Part shown: in pieces, positions 25,430 to 35,663 of the stretch
Layout of the letters: the number at the start of each line of letters is the position of its first letter
Numbering within the stretch: the first letter of the stretch is position 1
Program-made: the position numbers and the translations under genes
Notes under the pieces: model-generated
Database searches by the model: none
What the model saw: the letters and a program-made list of their open reading frames with translations, nothing else
What the model was told of the DNA's origin: nothing
Source of the DNA: an uncultured delta proteobacterium
GTDB lineage: Bacteria; Myxococcota_A; Polyangia; Palsa-1104
Length of the DNA: 64,000 nt
Assembly: GCA_963785725.1 (NCBI GenBank)
Contig: CAWAWS010000006.1
Span: 192,001 to 256,000 of the forward strand
Direction: 5' to 3'

Positions 25430-27831
25430 TCGCACGCGTCGCCGTCTTCGCGCCGGTACCGCGGGCGTTCGACTACCGCGTACCGCCGGCGCTGGCGACG
25501 GGAATGACGGTGGGCGCGCGCGTGTGGGCGCCGTTCGGCGGACGCGCGCTCGAAGGTGTCGTGGTGGCGATCGATCCGGCGGACGCGCATGGCGAGGCGC
25601 GCCCGTTGTCGCGGCGAGTGGAGGCGCCGCCGGTGTCGCCCGAGCTGATGCAGTTGGGCGCTTGGATCTCCGACTACTATTGCGCGCCGCCGGGTGAGGT
25701 CATGCGCTTGATGTTGCCGGCGGGCGGCAAGGCGCGGGCGCGACGACGTGTGACGTTGACGGCGGCGGGGCACGACGCAGCGGCCGGGCTGACGGCGGCG
25801 CTCGAGCCGATGTCGCTGCAGGGGCTCGATGGCGAAGCGCGCGGGCTCTTGCAGCAGCTCTTTGACAATCCTAAAGGTGGCGATGAAAAGGCGCGCGGGC
25901 TGCCGGCGCTGATCGAGCGTGGGCTCGTCGACGTGGCTGAGTCGGTGTCGACGCGCGGGGCGCAGATGGAGACGATCTTGCGTCCCGCCGGCGCGCTCAC
26001 GCCCGAGGCGCAGGTGACGCTGTTCGGGCGCGCCAAACGACGCGGCGAGGTCTACGCGCGCATCGCGGCGGCGGGCGAGATCTCGTTGTCGGCGTTGAAG
26101 GCGGAGGATGCGCGCGCTGGCGAGCATGCGCGCGCGCTCGTCGAGGCGGGGCTGGCGACCGCGGAGCTGCGCGAGCAGGCGGTGGCCGATCCGTTCGAGG
26201 ACGCCGCGCCCGACGCGCCGCCCGCGGCGTTGACGGCGGCGCAGCTGGCGGCGCTCGACGCCATCGAGCCGGCGTTGACGGCCGGTCGGTATGCGCCGTT
26301 CCTGCTGCACGGCGTGACCGGTTCGGGCAAGACCGAGGTCTACTTGCGCGCGATCGCGTCGGCCATCGCGCTCGGCAAGCGGGCGCTCGTGCTCGTGCCC
26401 GAGATCTCGCTGACGCCGCAGCTGGCGGCGCGCTTTCGCGGACGGTTCGGCGATCGCGTGGCCGTCTTGCACAGCGGGCTCAGCGATGCGGCGCGCGCGG
26501 ACGCGTGGCGGCGCATTCAGCGCGGGCAGGTCGACATCGCGCTCGGCGCGCGCTCGGCGGTGTTCGCGCCGCTCGAGCGGCTCGGCATCGTGGTCGTGGA
26601 CGAGGAGCACGATCCGTCGTTCAAGCAGGAGGAGGGCGTGCGCTACCACGGGCGCGACGTGGCGATGGTGCGCGCGCGTAACGCCGGCGCAGTCGTGCTG
26701 CTCGGCTCGGCGACGCCGGCGCTGGAGACGTTCGTGGCCGCCCGCGACGGGCGACTGACCCGGCTGGCGCTGCCGGAGCGCGCGACGCCGCGACCGCTGC
26801 CGACGGTGGAGATCGTCGACCTGAAGCAGCACAAAGGCGTGCTGACACACGTGCTGTTGCGCGCGATCGAGGACACGCTGAAGGCGGGCGAGCAGGCGAT
26901 CCTGTTCCTCAATCGCCGCGGCTTTGCGACGTTTTCGCTGTGTAAAGGCTGCGGCGAGGCGGTGCGTTGCCGGCACTGCTCGGTGTCGCTGACGTTCCAT
27001 CGCGGCGACGGGCGTCTCGTCTGTCACTACTGCGGCTTCTCGATGGCGCCGTCGAAGACTTGCAGCGCCTGCGGCAAGCCGGCGGTCGAGCAGCTCGGCT
27101 ACGGCACGGAGCAGCTCGAGGACATGCTGCGGCAGCAGTTTCCGGCGGCGCGCGTGGCTCGGCTCGACCGCGACACGGCGGCTGGTGATGGCCTGCGCCA
27201 GATGCTCGACGACTTCCGCGCGCGCAAGATCGACCTGCTCGTCGGTACGCAGATGGTGACGAAGGGGCACGATTTTCCGGGTGTGACGCTCGTCGGTGTC
27301 GTGCTCGCCGATCAGGGGCTGAACTTGCCCGACTTTCGCGCGATGGAGCGGACGTTTCAGCTGCTCGAGCAGGTCGCCGGACGCGCTGGACGTGGCGAGC
27401 GGCCGGGTCGCGTGATCTTGCAGACGTTCCGGCCGACGGCGGAGGCGATCACCTGCGCGCGCGATCATGACTACGAGCGCTTCGCCGACATCGAGCTGCG
27501 TTCGCGGCTGGAGCCAATCTATCCGCCGCATACGCGGATGGCGTGCGTGCGCGTCGACGGGGCCGATCCGCTGATGGTGCGCGACGCGGCGACGCGGGCG
27601 GCGGCGGCGGCCGCGAAGCTGGCCGAGCGGGCGCCGCCGGAAGCCAAGGCGACGGTGTTGGGACCGGCGGAGGCGCCGTTGTCGCGGTTGAAGGGGCGCA
27701 CGCGCTGGCAGCTGTTCACGCAGGCGACGCAGCCGAGCGTCGTGCGGGCGTTGGCGCGGGCGGCGACCGAGGTGGGTGCGCCGTCCGGGGTGCGCTTCAG
27801 CGTCGACGTCGATCCCATCTCCATGTTGTGA
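25426..27831 (+). CDS. priA: Primosomal protein N' (helicase)
   Basis: GVTGSGKTEVY, LVPEISLTPQ, VDEEHD, GSATP, four CxxC, GTQMVTKGHDFP, QVAGRAGR; TTG start overlapping the galU stop is inferred. Confidence 0.96.
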   Translation: MIARVAVFAPVPRAFDYRVPPALATGMTVGARVWAPFGGRALEGVVVAIDPADAHGEARPLSRRVEAPPVSPELMQLGAWISDYYCAPPGEVMRLMLPAGGKARARRRVTLTAAGHDAAAGLTAALEPMSLQGLDGEARGLLQQLFDNPKGGDEKARGLPALIERGLVDVAESVSTRGAQMETILRPAGALTPEAQVTLFGRAKRRGEVYARIAAAGEISLSALKAEDARAGEHARALVEAGLATAELREQAVADPFEDAAPDAPPAALTAAQLAALDAIEPALTAGRYAPFLLHGVTGSGKTEVYLRAIASAIALGKRALVLVPEISLTPQLAARFRGRFGDRVAVLHSGLSDAARADAWRRIQRGQVDIALGARSAVFAPLERLGIVVVDEEHDPSFKQEEGVRYHGRDVAMVRARNAGAVVLLGSATPALETFVAARDGRLTRLALPERATPRPLPTVEIVDLKQHKGVLTHVLLRAIEDTLKAGEQAILFLNRRGFATFSLCKGCGEAVRCRHCSVSLTFHRGDGRLVCHYCGFSMAPSKTCSACGKPAVEQLGYGTEQLEDMLRQQFPAARVARLDRDTAAGDGLRQMLDDFRARKIDLLVGTQMVTKGHDFPGVTLVGVVLADQGLNLPDFRAMERTFQLLEQVAGRAGRGERPGRVILQTFRPTAEAITCARDHDYERFADIELRSRLEPIYPPHTRMACVRVDGADPLMVRDAATRAAAAAAKLAERAPPEAKATVLGPAEAPLSRLKGRTRWQLFTQATQPSVVRALARAATEVGAPSGVRFSVDVDPISML

Positions 27832-30518
27832 AAAAGGCGCTACCATTGCGGGTCGTGCAGCCGCCGTCCGTCGTCATCGCCGCCAACCCGTACGAGGCCG
27901 AGCTGTGCCGGCGAGCGCTCGTCGACACCGGCCTGCAAGTGCTCGTGGCCGACGGTGGCGAAGGCGCGCTCGAGATGGTCCTTAAGACGCGTCCACTGGT
28001 GCTGGTGGTGGCGCTTGGCCTCCTCGACGTCGATTCGCTCGATCTCGTGCGCGATGTGCGTATCGGCGACTCCAAGCTGCCCATTTTCCTGCTCGGCGAT
28101 CGCGAAGGCGAAGTGCGCGACGAGGATGCTGCGGCGCGGCTGGGTGCGACGCGGCTGTTCTTGCGGCCGATCGAGATCGACGCGCTGGCCGACGCCATCG
28201 AGAAGCGCGCGGTCGAGGCCGAAATTCACGACGAGGTGTCGGAGGCGATCGAGGAATTCAGCGTGCGGCCGCCGACGATCGATGCGGCGCCGCTGGTCGA
28301 GGAGTCGATCGTCGAGCTGGAGGCTGATTACGGCGACGACGAGTCGGACGACGAGCCGCTGAACGCGCCGCCGCAGCGCGTGCCGCGCGAGCCGACGCAG
28401 GTGCTCGGGCGCGACAGCGAGCCGGTCGCGCCGAGCTACGCGCGCGACGCGGTGCGGTCGGACGACGGGCTGCGCGGCGAGGCGCGCGCTTCGTTCGATG
28501 GACTGCGCGCCGCCGGTGCGCGCGATGCCCACGATGGCGGTCGCGATGCGCGCGATGGCGGTCGCGAAGCGCGCGATGGCGGTCGCGAAGCGCGTGACGC
28601 CGGCGGCGAGCGCGACGCGAACGGCACGGCGCGCACGGAGTTGGCGAGCGGCCGGCCGTCCAATGCGGGCAACAGCGACGGGCGCGCGTCGCTGCCGACC
28701 GAGACGGTGCCGCTGCGCGTGGAGCTGAAGGCGCCGTCGTCGGTGACGCTGACGGAGCCGCTGTTGCGCGCCGATGACGCGCTCGATGGCGTCGGCTTGC
28801 AGTCGCTGGTCGGCTCGCCCGATTTCGTACGCCGCGGCGAGCGTCCGGTCGACGCCGCCGACGCAGGCGCGCGTACGGCCGACGGCGAGCGCGCGGTCAA
28901 TCGCGGCGCCAGCAATCGCGCGGCCGTGACGAATCTCGCGGCGGGCGAGCGCCTCGCCACGAAGGACTATGCGGCGAGCGATCGCGCGGGCAGGGCCCCT
29001 CGCGCGACGGGCGAGCGCGCCGACGACGCGCACGGCGACGGCGAGCGTGGGCGAACGGAGTTCGACGAGCGCGGCAGCTTCGCGCGTCGCCTCGAGAACG
29101 AGCTGTCGGCGGCCGAGCGGCGCCTTTTTCCCAACACGCCGTCGACGGCGAGCGGTCGCGCCGAGCGGTACGAAGACGCGCTCGGCGACATCGATCTCGA
29201 CGCGCTCGGCATCGACACGATTCCCGGCATCGGCGCCGACGCGTTCGAAGGCATCGAGCCGCGCAACGGCAAGCCGCGCGCGACGTCGCAAGCGACGCCG
29301 GAGCCGCCGATCGTCAACAGCGGTGCGCGCGCCGACGCCATCGATCGACGCGCCGACGCCGTCGAGCCGCGCGGCCACATCGACGATCGCGCCGCGCGTC
29401 CGCCGCTGCCCGACGACGAAGGCGATCTCGCCGAAGCCGACCTGGCCACGCTCGTCGCCGCGCTGCATTCGGGCGGCTTCTCGGGCGCGCTGACGCTCGG
29501 ACGCGGCGACGGCGAGAAGACGCTCTTCTTCGACGATGGCCTGCTCGTCGGTGCGCGCTCGATGTTCGTGCACGATCGCCTGGCCGACCTGCTCGTGCGC
29601 GAGGGCACCATCGGCCGCGAGGCGCAGACGCGCGTGCGCGACATCGCGGACGGGGGCCGTCGCGCGGCGCTGCAGCTGGTCGAGCGCGGGCTCATCAAGT
29701 CGAGCGAGCTGTTCGCTGTTTTGCGCCGCCACGTCGAGGAGATCTTCTTCTCCTGCTTTGCCTGGGAGCGCGGTCATTATCGGTTGGGGCGCGAGCAGTC
29801 GGCGCCGGAAGATCGCGTGCGCATGGGGAGCCATCCGTGGGCGCTGGTCGTCGAGGGTGTGCGGCGGAAATACAGCCTCGAGCGGCTGGTCGAGCGTGTC
29901 GGCCCGCCCGAGACGGTGTTGACGCCGACGACGGCGCTGACGCGTGCGCTCGAGGACTGCGCGCTGACGCCGCCCGAGCGCGATCGCGCCGAGTTGCTCG
30001 ACGGCGAGCGTTCGTTGGCCGAGCTGCAGCTGGGCGCCGTCGGTGCGCCGCTGGCCGAGGCGGGCTTGTATGCGCTGGCGTGGGGCCTCATCGCCGTCGG
30101 CGCCGCGCGTTTCGACGGCGACGAGCCGGTGGCGGGCGTCGGCGTGCGCGCCGTGCCGACGCTGGTGACGACGTCGTACGATCGCCGCCGCCGGCCGCGT
30201 CCGCTCGAGCGCGCGCGCGATCGCGATGCCGACCGTGCCGTCGACAAAGAGCGCGTCCTCGCCAAGCGCGCGCAAGTGCAAGACGGTGACTATTTTGCCG
30301 TGCTCGGGTTGGCGCGGGATGCATCGCCGCACGAGGTGGCGCGGGCGTTCGAGCGGCTGAAGCGCGAATATGCGCCCGAGCGCTTCGCCGAGCCGTTGCG
30401 CGCGGAGCTGGCGTCGGCGTTGGCGGAGATCAGCGCCGTCCTCGACGAGGCCCACCGCGTGCTTGCCGACGACCGCGTGCGCAAGAGCTATCGCGACCAC
30501 CTGCCGCCGCCGGCCTGA
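27828..30518 (+). CDS. Degenerate receiver domain + long disordered linker + DUF4388-like + C-terminal DnaJ-like domain protein
   Basis: CheY-like N-terminus; GDLAEADLATLVAALHSGGFSGALTL..GEKTLFFDDG (DUF4388-like); DYFAVLGL..EVARAFERL..YAPERF..AHRVLADD..RKSY (J-like). Confidence 0.75.
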   Translation: MKKALPLRVVQPPSVVIAANPYEAELCRRALVDTGLQVLVADGGEGALEMVLKTRPLVLVVALGLLDVDSLDLVRDVRIGDSKLPIFLLGDREGEVRDEDAAARLGATRLFLRPIEIDALADAIEKRAVEAEIHDEVSEAIEEFSVRPPTIDAAPLVEESIVELEADYGDDESDDEPLNAPPQRVPREPTQVLGRDSEPVAPSYARDAVRSDDGLRGEARASFDGLRAAGARDAHDGGRDARDGGREARDGGREARDAGGERDANGTARTELASGRPSNAGNSDGRASLPTETVPLRVELKAPSSVTLTEPLLRADDALDGVGLQSLVGSPDFVRRGERPVDAADAGARTADGERAVNRGASNRAAVTNLAAGERLATKDYAASDRAGRAPRATGERADDAHGDGERGRTEFDERGSFARRLENELSAAERRLFPNTPSTASGRAERYEDALGDIDLDALGIDTIPGIGADAFEGIEPRNGKPRATSQATPEPPIVNSGARADAIDRRADAVEPRGHIDDRAARPPLPDDEGDLAEADLATLVAALHSGGFSGALTLGRGDGEKTLFFDDGLLVGARSMFVHDRLADLLVREGTIGREAQTRVRDIADGGRRAALQLVERGLIKSSELFAVLRRHVEEIFFSCFAWERGHYRLGREQSAPEDRVRMGSHPWALVVEGVRRKYSLERLVERVGPPETVLTPTTALTRALEDCALTPPERDRAELLDGERSLAELQLGAVGAPLAEAGLYALAWGLIAVGAARFDGDEPVAGVGVRAVPTLVTTSYDRRRRPRPLERARDRDADRAVDKERVLAKRAQVQDGDYFAVLGLARDASPHEVARAFERLKREYAPERFAEPLRAELASALAEISAVLDEAHRVLADDRVRKSYRDHLPPPA
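28532..28594 (+). repeat. In-frame 21-nt tandem repeat x3 (DGGR[DE]AR)
   Basis: CGATGGCGGTCGCGAWGCGCG three times within the linker. Confidence 0.85.
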
Positions 30519-30523
30519 CGTCG

Positions 30524-30623
30524 CCGAGCGCGGCAAGCCCGGGAGCCGGCGAGCGCGGCAAGCCCGGGAGCCGGCGAGCGCGGCAAGCCCGCGTGCCGGC
30601 GAGCGTGGCAAGCCCGCGTGCCG
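30524..30623. repeat. Intergenic 25-bp tandem repeat x4
   Basis: Unit GCGAGCGCGGCAAGCCCG(GGA/CGT)GCCG at 30524, 30549, 30574, 30599. Confidence 0.9.
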
Positions 30624-30876
30624 TCGACTGCGGCGTTCGGTGTTGCCGCGCGGCACGCCGTGCGTGTCCTGCAGCGTGGAATGCCCGTGCGTCGCCGAGC
30701 AGAAATGCCCGCAAGAGGCATCGTGGCGAAAGGAGGCCGCGGCCGCGCGTGTGGCCGGGCCGTCTTCGGCCGCGCGACGGCCCGACGGCACCGGCGGCGC
30801 GGCACGGCGCGAAAAGATCGGGCCAGCGCAAGAGCTTGCGCGACCGGTCGGCGCGGTCCTGCTAGATTCCCCGGCC

Positions 30877-31857
30877 ATGAGCAAGCTGCGTGTCGTCTTC
30901 ATGGGCTCGCCCGAGTTCGCCGTGCCCTGTCTGGAGGCGCTGTTGGCGACCGAGGAGGTCATCGCCGTCGTCACGCAGCCGGACAAGCCGGCCGGGCGCG
31001 GCCTCGGCATGCAGGCGCCGGCCGTCAAAGTGCGCGCGCTCGCGGCCGGGCTGCCCGTCTTGCAGCCGCAGTCGGTGCGCAAGCCGCCGTTCGTCGACGT
31101 GCTGGCGCCGCTGCAGCCGGACCTGTGCGTCGTCGTCGCCTACGGCAAGATCCTGCCGCCGGAGCTGTTGGCGCTGCCGCGGCTCGGCTGTCTCAACGTG
31201 CACGCGTCGCTGTTGCCGAAATATCGCGGCGCGGCGCCGATTCAGTGGGCCATCATTCGCGGCGAGCACGAGACCGGCGTGACGCTGATGCGCATGGACG
31301 TCGGCATGGACACGGGCGACATGCTCTTGACCGGCCGGCTGCCCATCGACGAGGAGGTGACGTCGGGCCAGCTGCACGAGCAGCTGTCGCGGCTGGGCGC
31401 GAGCGTGCTCACCGACGGTCTCGCGCGGCTGAAGGCGAACGCCCTGCCGGCCACGCCGCAAGATCCGGCGCTGGCGACGATGGCGCCGATGCTGACGAAG
31501 GAGACGGGGCGCGTCGACTTCGCGGCGGGCGCGCGGGCGGTGTGCGATCTCGTGCGCGGCTGCGATCCGTGGCCGCACGCGTATACGACCGTCGACGGAC
31601 AGCCGCTCAAGCTCTTTCGCGCCAAAGTGGTGAGCGGTCGCGGCGAGCCGGGCGTGGTGCTCGGCGCCGATCGCGACGGCCTGCTCGTCGGCTGCGGTGA
31701 CGACGCGGTGGCGTTCGCCGAGCTGCAGCTGCCGGGCAAGAAGCGCCTGCCGGCGCAGGCGCTGCTCGCGGGGCGCGCGATTCCGACGGGCACGCGCCTC
31801 GGCGTCGCAGCCGTCGACAGCGCCGGCGGCTCCGGCGGCGAAGTGGGTGAGCGGTGA
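30877..31857 (+). CDS. fmt: Methionyl-tRNA formyltransferase
   Basis: MSKLRVVFMGSPEFA, VTQPDKPAGRG, NVHASLLPKYRGAAPIQWAI, MDTGD. Confidence 0.97.
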   Translation: MSKLRVVFMGSPEFAVPCLEALLATEEVIAVVTQPDKPAGRGLGMQAPAVKVRALAAGLPVLQPQSVRKPPFVDVLAPLQPDLCVVVAYGKILPPELLALPRLGCLNVHASLLPKYRGAAPIQWAIIRGEHETGVTLMRMDVGMDTGDMLLTGRLPIDEEVTSGQLHEQLSRLGASVLTDGLARLKANALPATPQDPALATMAPMLTKETGRVDFAAGARAVCDLVRGCDPWPHAYTTVDGQPLKLFRAKVVSGRGEPGVVLGADRDGLLVGCGDDAVAFAELQLPGKKRLPAQALLAGRAIPTGTRLGVAAVDSAGGSGGEVGER

Positions 31858-33134
31858 ACGCGCGCGACGTCGCTCGCCGCGTCCTCCAGCGCGTCGATGA
31901 AGGCGCCTACGCCACGCTCGCGCTGTCGGGCGAGCTCGGGCGCGGCCTCGCGCCGGCCGATCGCGGCCTCGCCACCGAGCTGGTCTACGGCGTGCTCAAA
32001 CGCCGTCGCCGCCTCGACTTCGCACTGGCGGCGATGGCCCCGCGTGGGCTCGACAGCCTCGACGAGCGCGTGCGCGACGCTTTGCGCATCGGCGCCTATC
32101 AGATCCTCTTCTTGCGCGTGCCGGCTCACGCTGCCGTCGATGATGCCGTCGGCGCCATCAAGCGCGTGCGCGGACAGAAGCTGGCCAACTTCGCCAACGC
32201 GCTCTTGCGCCGCCTCGATCGCGACGGTGAGCCGCCGCCGCCGCGGGATCCGCTCGTCGCGCTCGCGATCGTCGAGTCGGCGCCCGATTGGCTCGTCGCC
32301 GACGCCGTCGCGCGCTTCGGGCTCGACGAGGCGCGCGCGTATTTGGCGTCGCTGAACGTGCCGGCGCCGATGTGGCTGCGCGTCAACACGCTGAAGTCCA
32401 CCCGCGAGCAGGCGATGGAGGCGCTCGCCGTCGAGCGGCCGGGCGCGACGTTGACGGCGTCGCCGGCGCTCGCCGAAGCCTTTCGCATCGACGGCGGCGG
32501 CGATCCCTCGGCGTCACGCGCGTTCTTGGACGGGCTCGTCTCGCCGCAAGATCTGGCGGCGCAACGCGTGGCACATCTCGTCGATCCGCAGCCGGGCGAG
32601 CGCATCCTCGACGCCTGCGCCGGCGTGGGCGGCAAGTCGGCGCATCTGGCGGCGCTCGCCGGCGATCGCGCGCGCATCGACAGCGCCGACGTCTCCGAAC
32701 GCAAGCTCGACCTCGGCCGCGAGCTCAGCCGTCGCCTCGGCGTCACGTCGACGACCGCCATCGCCTGCGACCTCACCGACGCCGCGGCGCCGCTGGCTCA
32801 CGCTTACGATCGGCTGCTCCTCGACGCGCCGTGCAGCGGGCTCGGCGTGTTGCGGCGCCATCCCGAGGCCAAGTGGCGCCGTCAGCCCGAAGATCGCGCC
32901 GAGCTGGCCGCTCTGCAGGCGCGGCTCGTCGACGCGCTGGCGCCGCGCGTGAAGCCGGGCGGCGTCCTGGTCTACTCCGTGTGCACGTACAGTGACGAGG
33001 AGGGCCCGTTGCAGCTGCGCCGGCTGCTGGCGAAACATCCGCAGTTTACCGTCGAGGGCGAGCCGCTCGTCACCTGGCCGCATCGCGACGACGCGGACGC
33101 GTTCTACGCCGTGCGTTTACGCCGCACGCACTGA
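31854..33134 (+). CDS. rsmB: 16S rRNA m5C967 methyltransferase (Sun/Fmu)
   Basis: NusB-like N-terminus (ELVYGV, LRIGAYQILF), LDACAGVGGKS, LLDAPCSGLG, VYSVCT. Confidence 0.94.
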   Translation: MNARDVARRVLQRVDEGAYATLALSGELGRGLAPADRGLATELVYGVLKRRRRLDFALAAMAPRGLDSLDERVRDALRIGAYQILFLRVPAHAAVDDAVGAIKRVRGQKLANFANALLRRLDRDGEPPPPRDPLVALAIVESAPDWLVADAVARFGLDEARAYLASLNVPAPMWLRVNTLKSTREQAMEALAVERPGATLTASPALAEAFRIDGGGDPSASRAFLDGLVSPQDLAAQRVAHLVDPQPGERILDACAGVGGKSAHLAALAGDRARIDSADVSERKLDLGRELSRRLGVTSTTAIACDLTDAAAPLAHAYDRLLLDAPCSGLGVLRRHPEAKWRRQPEDRAELAALQARLVDALAPRVKPGGVLVYSVCTYSDEEGPLQLRRLLAKHPQFTVEGEPLVTWPHRDDADAFYAVRLRRTH

Positions 33135-33273
33135 GCTGGCCGAGCGCGGCTTGCGCCAAGCGTCGCGGTCGCGCGCGCCGAGCGCTTACTCTGCCGTGCG
33201 TTTACGCCGCGCGAGGTGACGACGGGACGCCTTTTACCCTGTGCGCGCGCGCTCGGCGCACTAGAATGTCGGC

Positions 33274-33948
33274 ATGCATCGCCCCATCAAGATCGCGCCG
33301 TCGATCCTGAGCGCGGACTTCGGTCGCCTCGCCGACGAAGTGCGCGCCATCGGCAGCGCCGACTACGTTCACGTCGACGTCATGGACGGCCACTTCGTTC
33401 CCAACTTGACCATCGGGCCCATGGTCGTCGCCGCCATTCGCAAGGCGACGTCGCTGCCGCTCGATGTGCACCTCATGATCGAGGAGCCGACGCGCTACAT
33501 CGACGACTTCGCCAAGGCCGGCGCCGATCTGATCGGCGTGCACGAAGAGGCCTGCATCCACTTGCATCGCGCCGTGCAGCAGATCAAGCACGCCGGGAAG
33601 CGCGCGTCGGTGACGCTCAATCCGCACACGCCGTGGGAGCACATCCGCTACGTGCTGCAAGACGTCGATCAAGTGCTCATCATGTCGGTCAATCCGGGCT
33701 TCGGCGGGCAGTCGTTCATCCCCAATGTGCTGCCCAAGATTCGCGAGCTGCGCGCCGAAATCCTCGCCCGCGGCCTCGACGTCGACATCGAGGTCGACGG
33801 CGGCATCAAAGTCGACAACATCGCGACCGTCGCCGAGGCCGGCGCCAACGTCTTCGTCGCCGGCAGCGCCGTCTTCGAACGCCCCGACTACAACGGCACC
33901 ATCGCCGCCCTCCGCCGCAACGCCGAAGCCGCGCTCGCCCGCAGCTAA
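33274..33948 (+). CDS. rpe: Ribulose-phosphate 3-epimerase
   Basis: [49 protein letters not shown]. Confidence 0.98.
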   Translation: MHRPIKIAPSILSADFGRLADEVRAIGSADYVHVDVMDGHFVPNLTIGPMVVAAIRKATSLPLDVHLMIEEPTRYIDDFAKAGADLIGVHEEACIHLHRAVQQIKHAGKRASVTLNPHTPWEHIRYVLQDVDQVLIMSVNPGFGGQSFIPNVLPKIRELRAEILARGLDVDIEVDGGIKVDNIATVAEAGANVFVAGSAVFERPDYNGTIAALRRNAEAALARS

Positions 33949-34166
33949 TTTTCGATCGGCTACTGCACCTGGGGTACGCGCCGGCGCTTCGCGCGTGCGC
34001 CCGCGATAAGTCTCCGGACGATCTGCCCGACTCGAAGATGGCCGACTCCGACGGAGCGACGCCACGCGCGCGCACCGCGCGCCCGCGTGGCCTCGCCGGC
34101 GGGCAAACGGCCGCTCGCGCGGATATTCGCCGTCATCCGGCGCGAGCTGCGCGGCGCCGCTAAGCC

Positions 34167-35653
34167 CAATGCCGTTCGGATAAGGTGGAGCGTCGGCGAG
34201 GTCATGGTGCCGGTTTGGGGCGCTTGCGGTTGTAGCTGGACATCTTGATCTTCACTTCCCGAGGCAGAACGCGGCCTGTGCGACGCTCGGGGAGCACCAA
34301 AAGCCTGAGCCGACGGGCCAACTCGTCGAGCTGTTTGGGGATGGCGCCCGGCGGCGAGTTCGAGCACCAGATCCACTCATCTCGAATGAGATCGAGCGCG
34401 TTGATGAAGCTGATGCGCGTGGGCGCCACTCCAACCTCGTCGGCCACGCGCTCGATCTCCAAGCGGATCAGGTTGTACGCCAGCGCGATCCCCCAGAGCT
34501 CTTGTCTGATTCCCGCTGGCGTTCGACTCCGAATGCACTCTTCTCGCGCCAGCAAGTGCGTCTTGACCTCGTCGTAGGCGAGCTCGATTTCCCAGCGCTC
34601 ATGGTAGAGCTCGATGACCTCGTCCGCTGGATATTGCTCGGCGTCTACCAGCGACGTCAGCAGCGTCGATGGACGGAAGCCGCGGCGTTGATAGCGGACC
34701 GCACGCAGGCTGACTGTCGCGGGCAGCTCGGGCGTCTCCTTTCGCGCTTCTCGCGATAGTGGGATTTCGACTAGATGATCGCCTTTGCCGAGCATCTTTA
34801 CGATCTTCACCGGAGTCCGCGACTTGAGGCGCGTCAGGAAGTGCTTCTCTTTGCCGCTAGCGCGAAGTTGAACCAGCGACGGCAACGGTGCACCTCGGTC
34901 GACCAGCGTCAACGAATGTTCGGGCACTTCGCGCCACAGCTCATTGGCGAGCGTCACTTCGCCGGTCGCGTAGCTCGCGAAACGAAAGGCCGAGAGGATA
35001 TGCGAACGCGCGGCCATCAGCCCGACGATACGAACCATCGGATAACCGCTCATCCCGTGTTGAGCACCCGCGGATTGTCCGCCGAATTCTGCGCGGTTAT
35101 CGACGGAGTCAGGCACACGTAAAGTCGTGCCGTCGTATACGTAAACGCTCAGCTCGCGCCATCGATGGCGCTCGGCGCTGCGCGCCGACCATTCGGCAGC
35201 GGTGGAATGGAACAAATAGGCGAGAGGCTCCTCACCGAGTCGCTGGCGAGCCTCGGCGATCGCGCTCTTAGCCACCAGCCTTCCCGTCGCGCTGGGCAGA
35301 CACAGGTCCAGGCTCGCGACGACGCGTTCGATGGCGCGATTGCGAAACAGCGCCATGCCCAGGACAATCCACAGCACCTGCACGGCCGGCAGCCGTCGCT
35401 TGCGCAGCGTTGCGACGCCGGTTGCGGCCAGTGCCTCTTCAAGCTGCACCGGGTTGAGGTGGCGGGTGAAATTCTCGAACGAATCCGGCGTCGCTCGGAC
35501 TGCCGTGTACTGTAGGGCGCCTTCGAGTAGCATGCGATTGCACCAGGGATGATCGCTGAATCCTGATCTCCTCAGCGCCGCGCGCTACTTTCTGCGGAGC
35601 GCTATTCAAAAACCCCGCAGCGACGATCACTTGCAGCTATCCGATCGGCATTG
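34167..35653 (-). mobile_element. Complete IS4-family insertion sequence (1487 bp)
   Basis: Terminal inverted repeats CAATGCCGTTCGGATAAG (34167-34184) and revcomp CAATGCCGATCGGATAGC (35636-35653); flanked by 10-bp direct repeat CCGCTAAGCC (34157-34166 and 35654-35663). Confidence 0.95.
34202..35533 (-). CDS. IS4-family DDE transposase
   Basis: IS4-type N-terminal domain (LRKRRLP), YDGTTLRVPD, VDRG, LYHERWEIELAYDEVK (YREK signature). Confidence 0.95.
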   Translation of the reverse strand: MLLEGALQYTAVRATPDSFENFTRHLNPVQLEEALAATGVATLRKRRLPAVQVLWIVLGMALFRNRAIERVVASLDLCLPSATGRLVAKSAIAEARQRLGEEPLAYLFHSTAAEWSARSAERHRWRELSVYVYDGTTLRVPDSVDNRAEFGGQSAGAQHGMSGYPMVRIVGLMAARSHILSAFRFASYATGEVTLANELWREVPEHSLTLVDRGAPLPSLVQLRASGKEKHFLTRLKSRTPVKIVKMLGKGDHLVEIPLSREARKETPELPATVSLRAVRYQRRGFRPSTLLTSLVDAEQYPADEVIELYHERWEIELAYDEVKTHLLAREECIRSRTPAGIRQELWGIALAYNLIRLEIERVADEVGVAPTRISFINALDLIRDEWIWCSNSPPGAIPKQLDELARRLRLLVLPERRTGRVLPREVKIKMSSYNRKRPKPAP

Positions 35654-35663
35654 CCGCTAAGCC

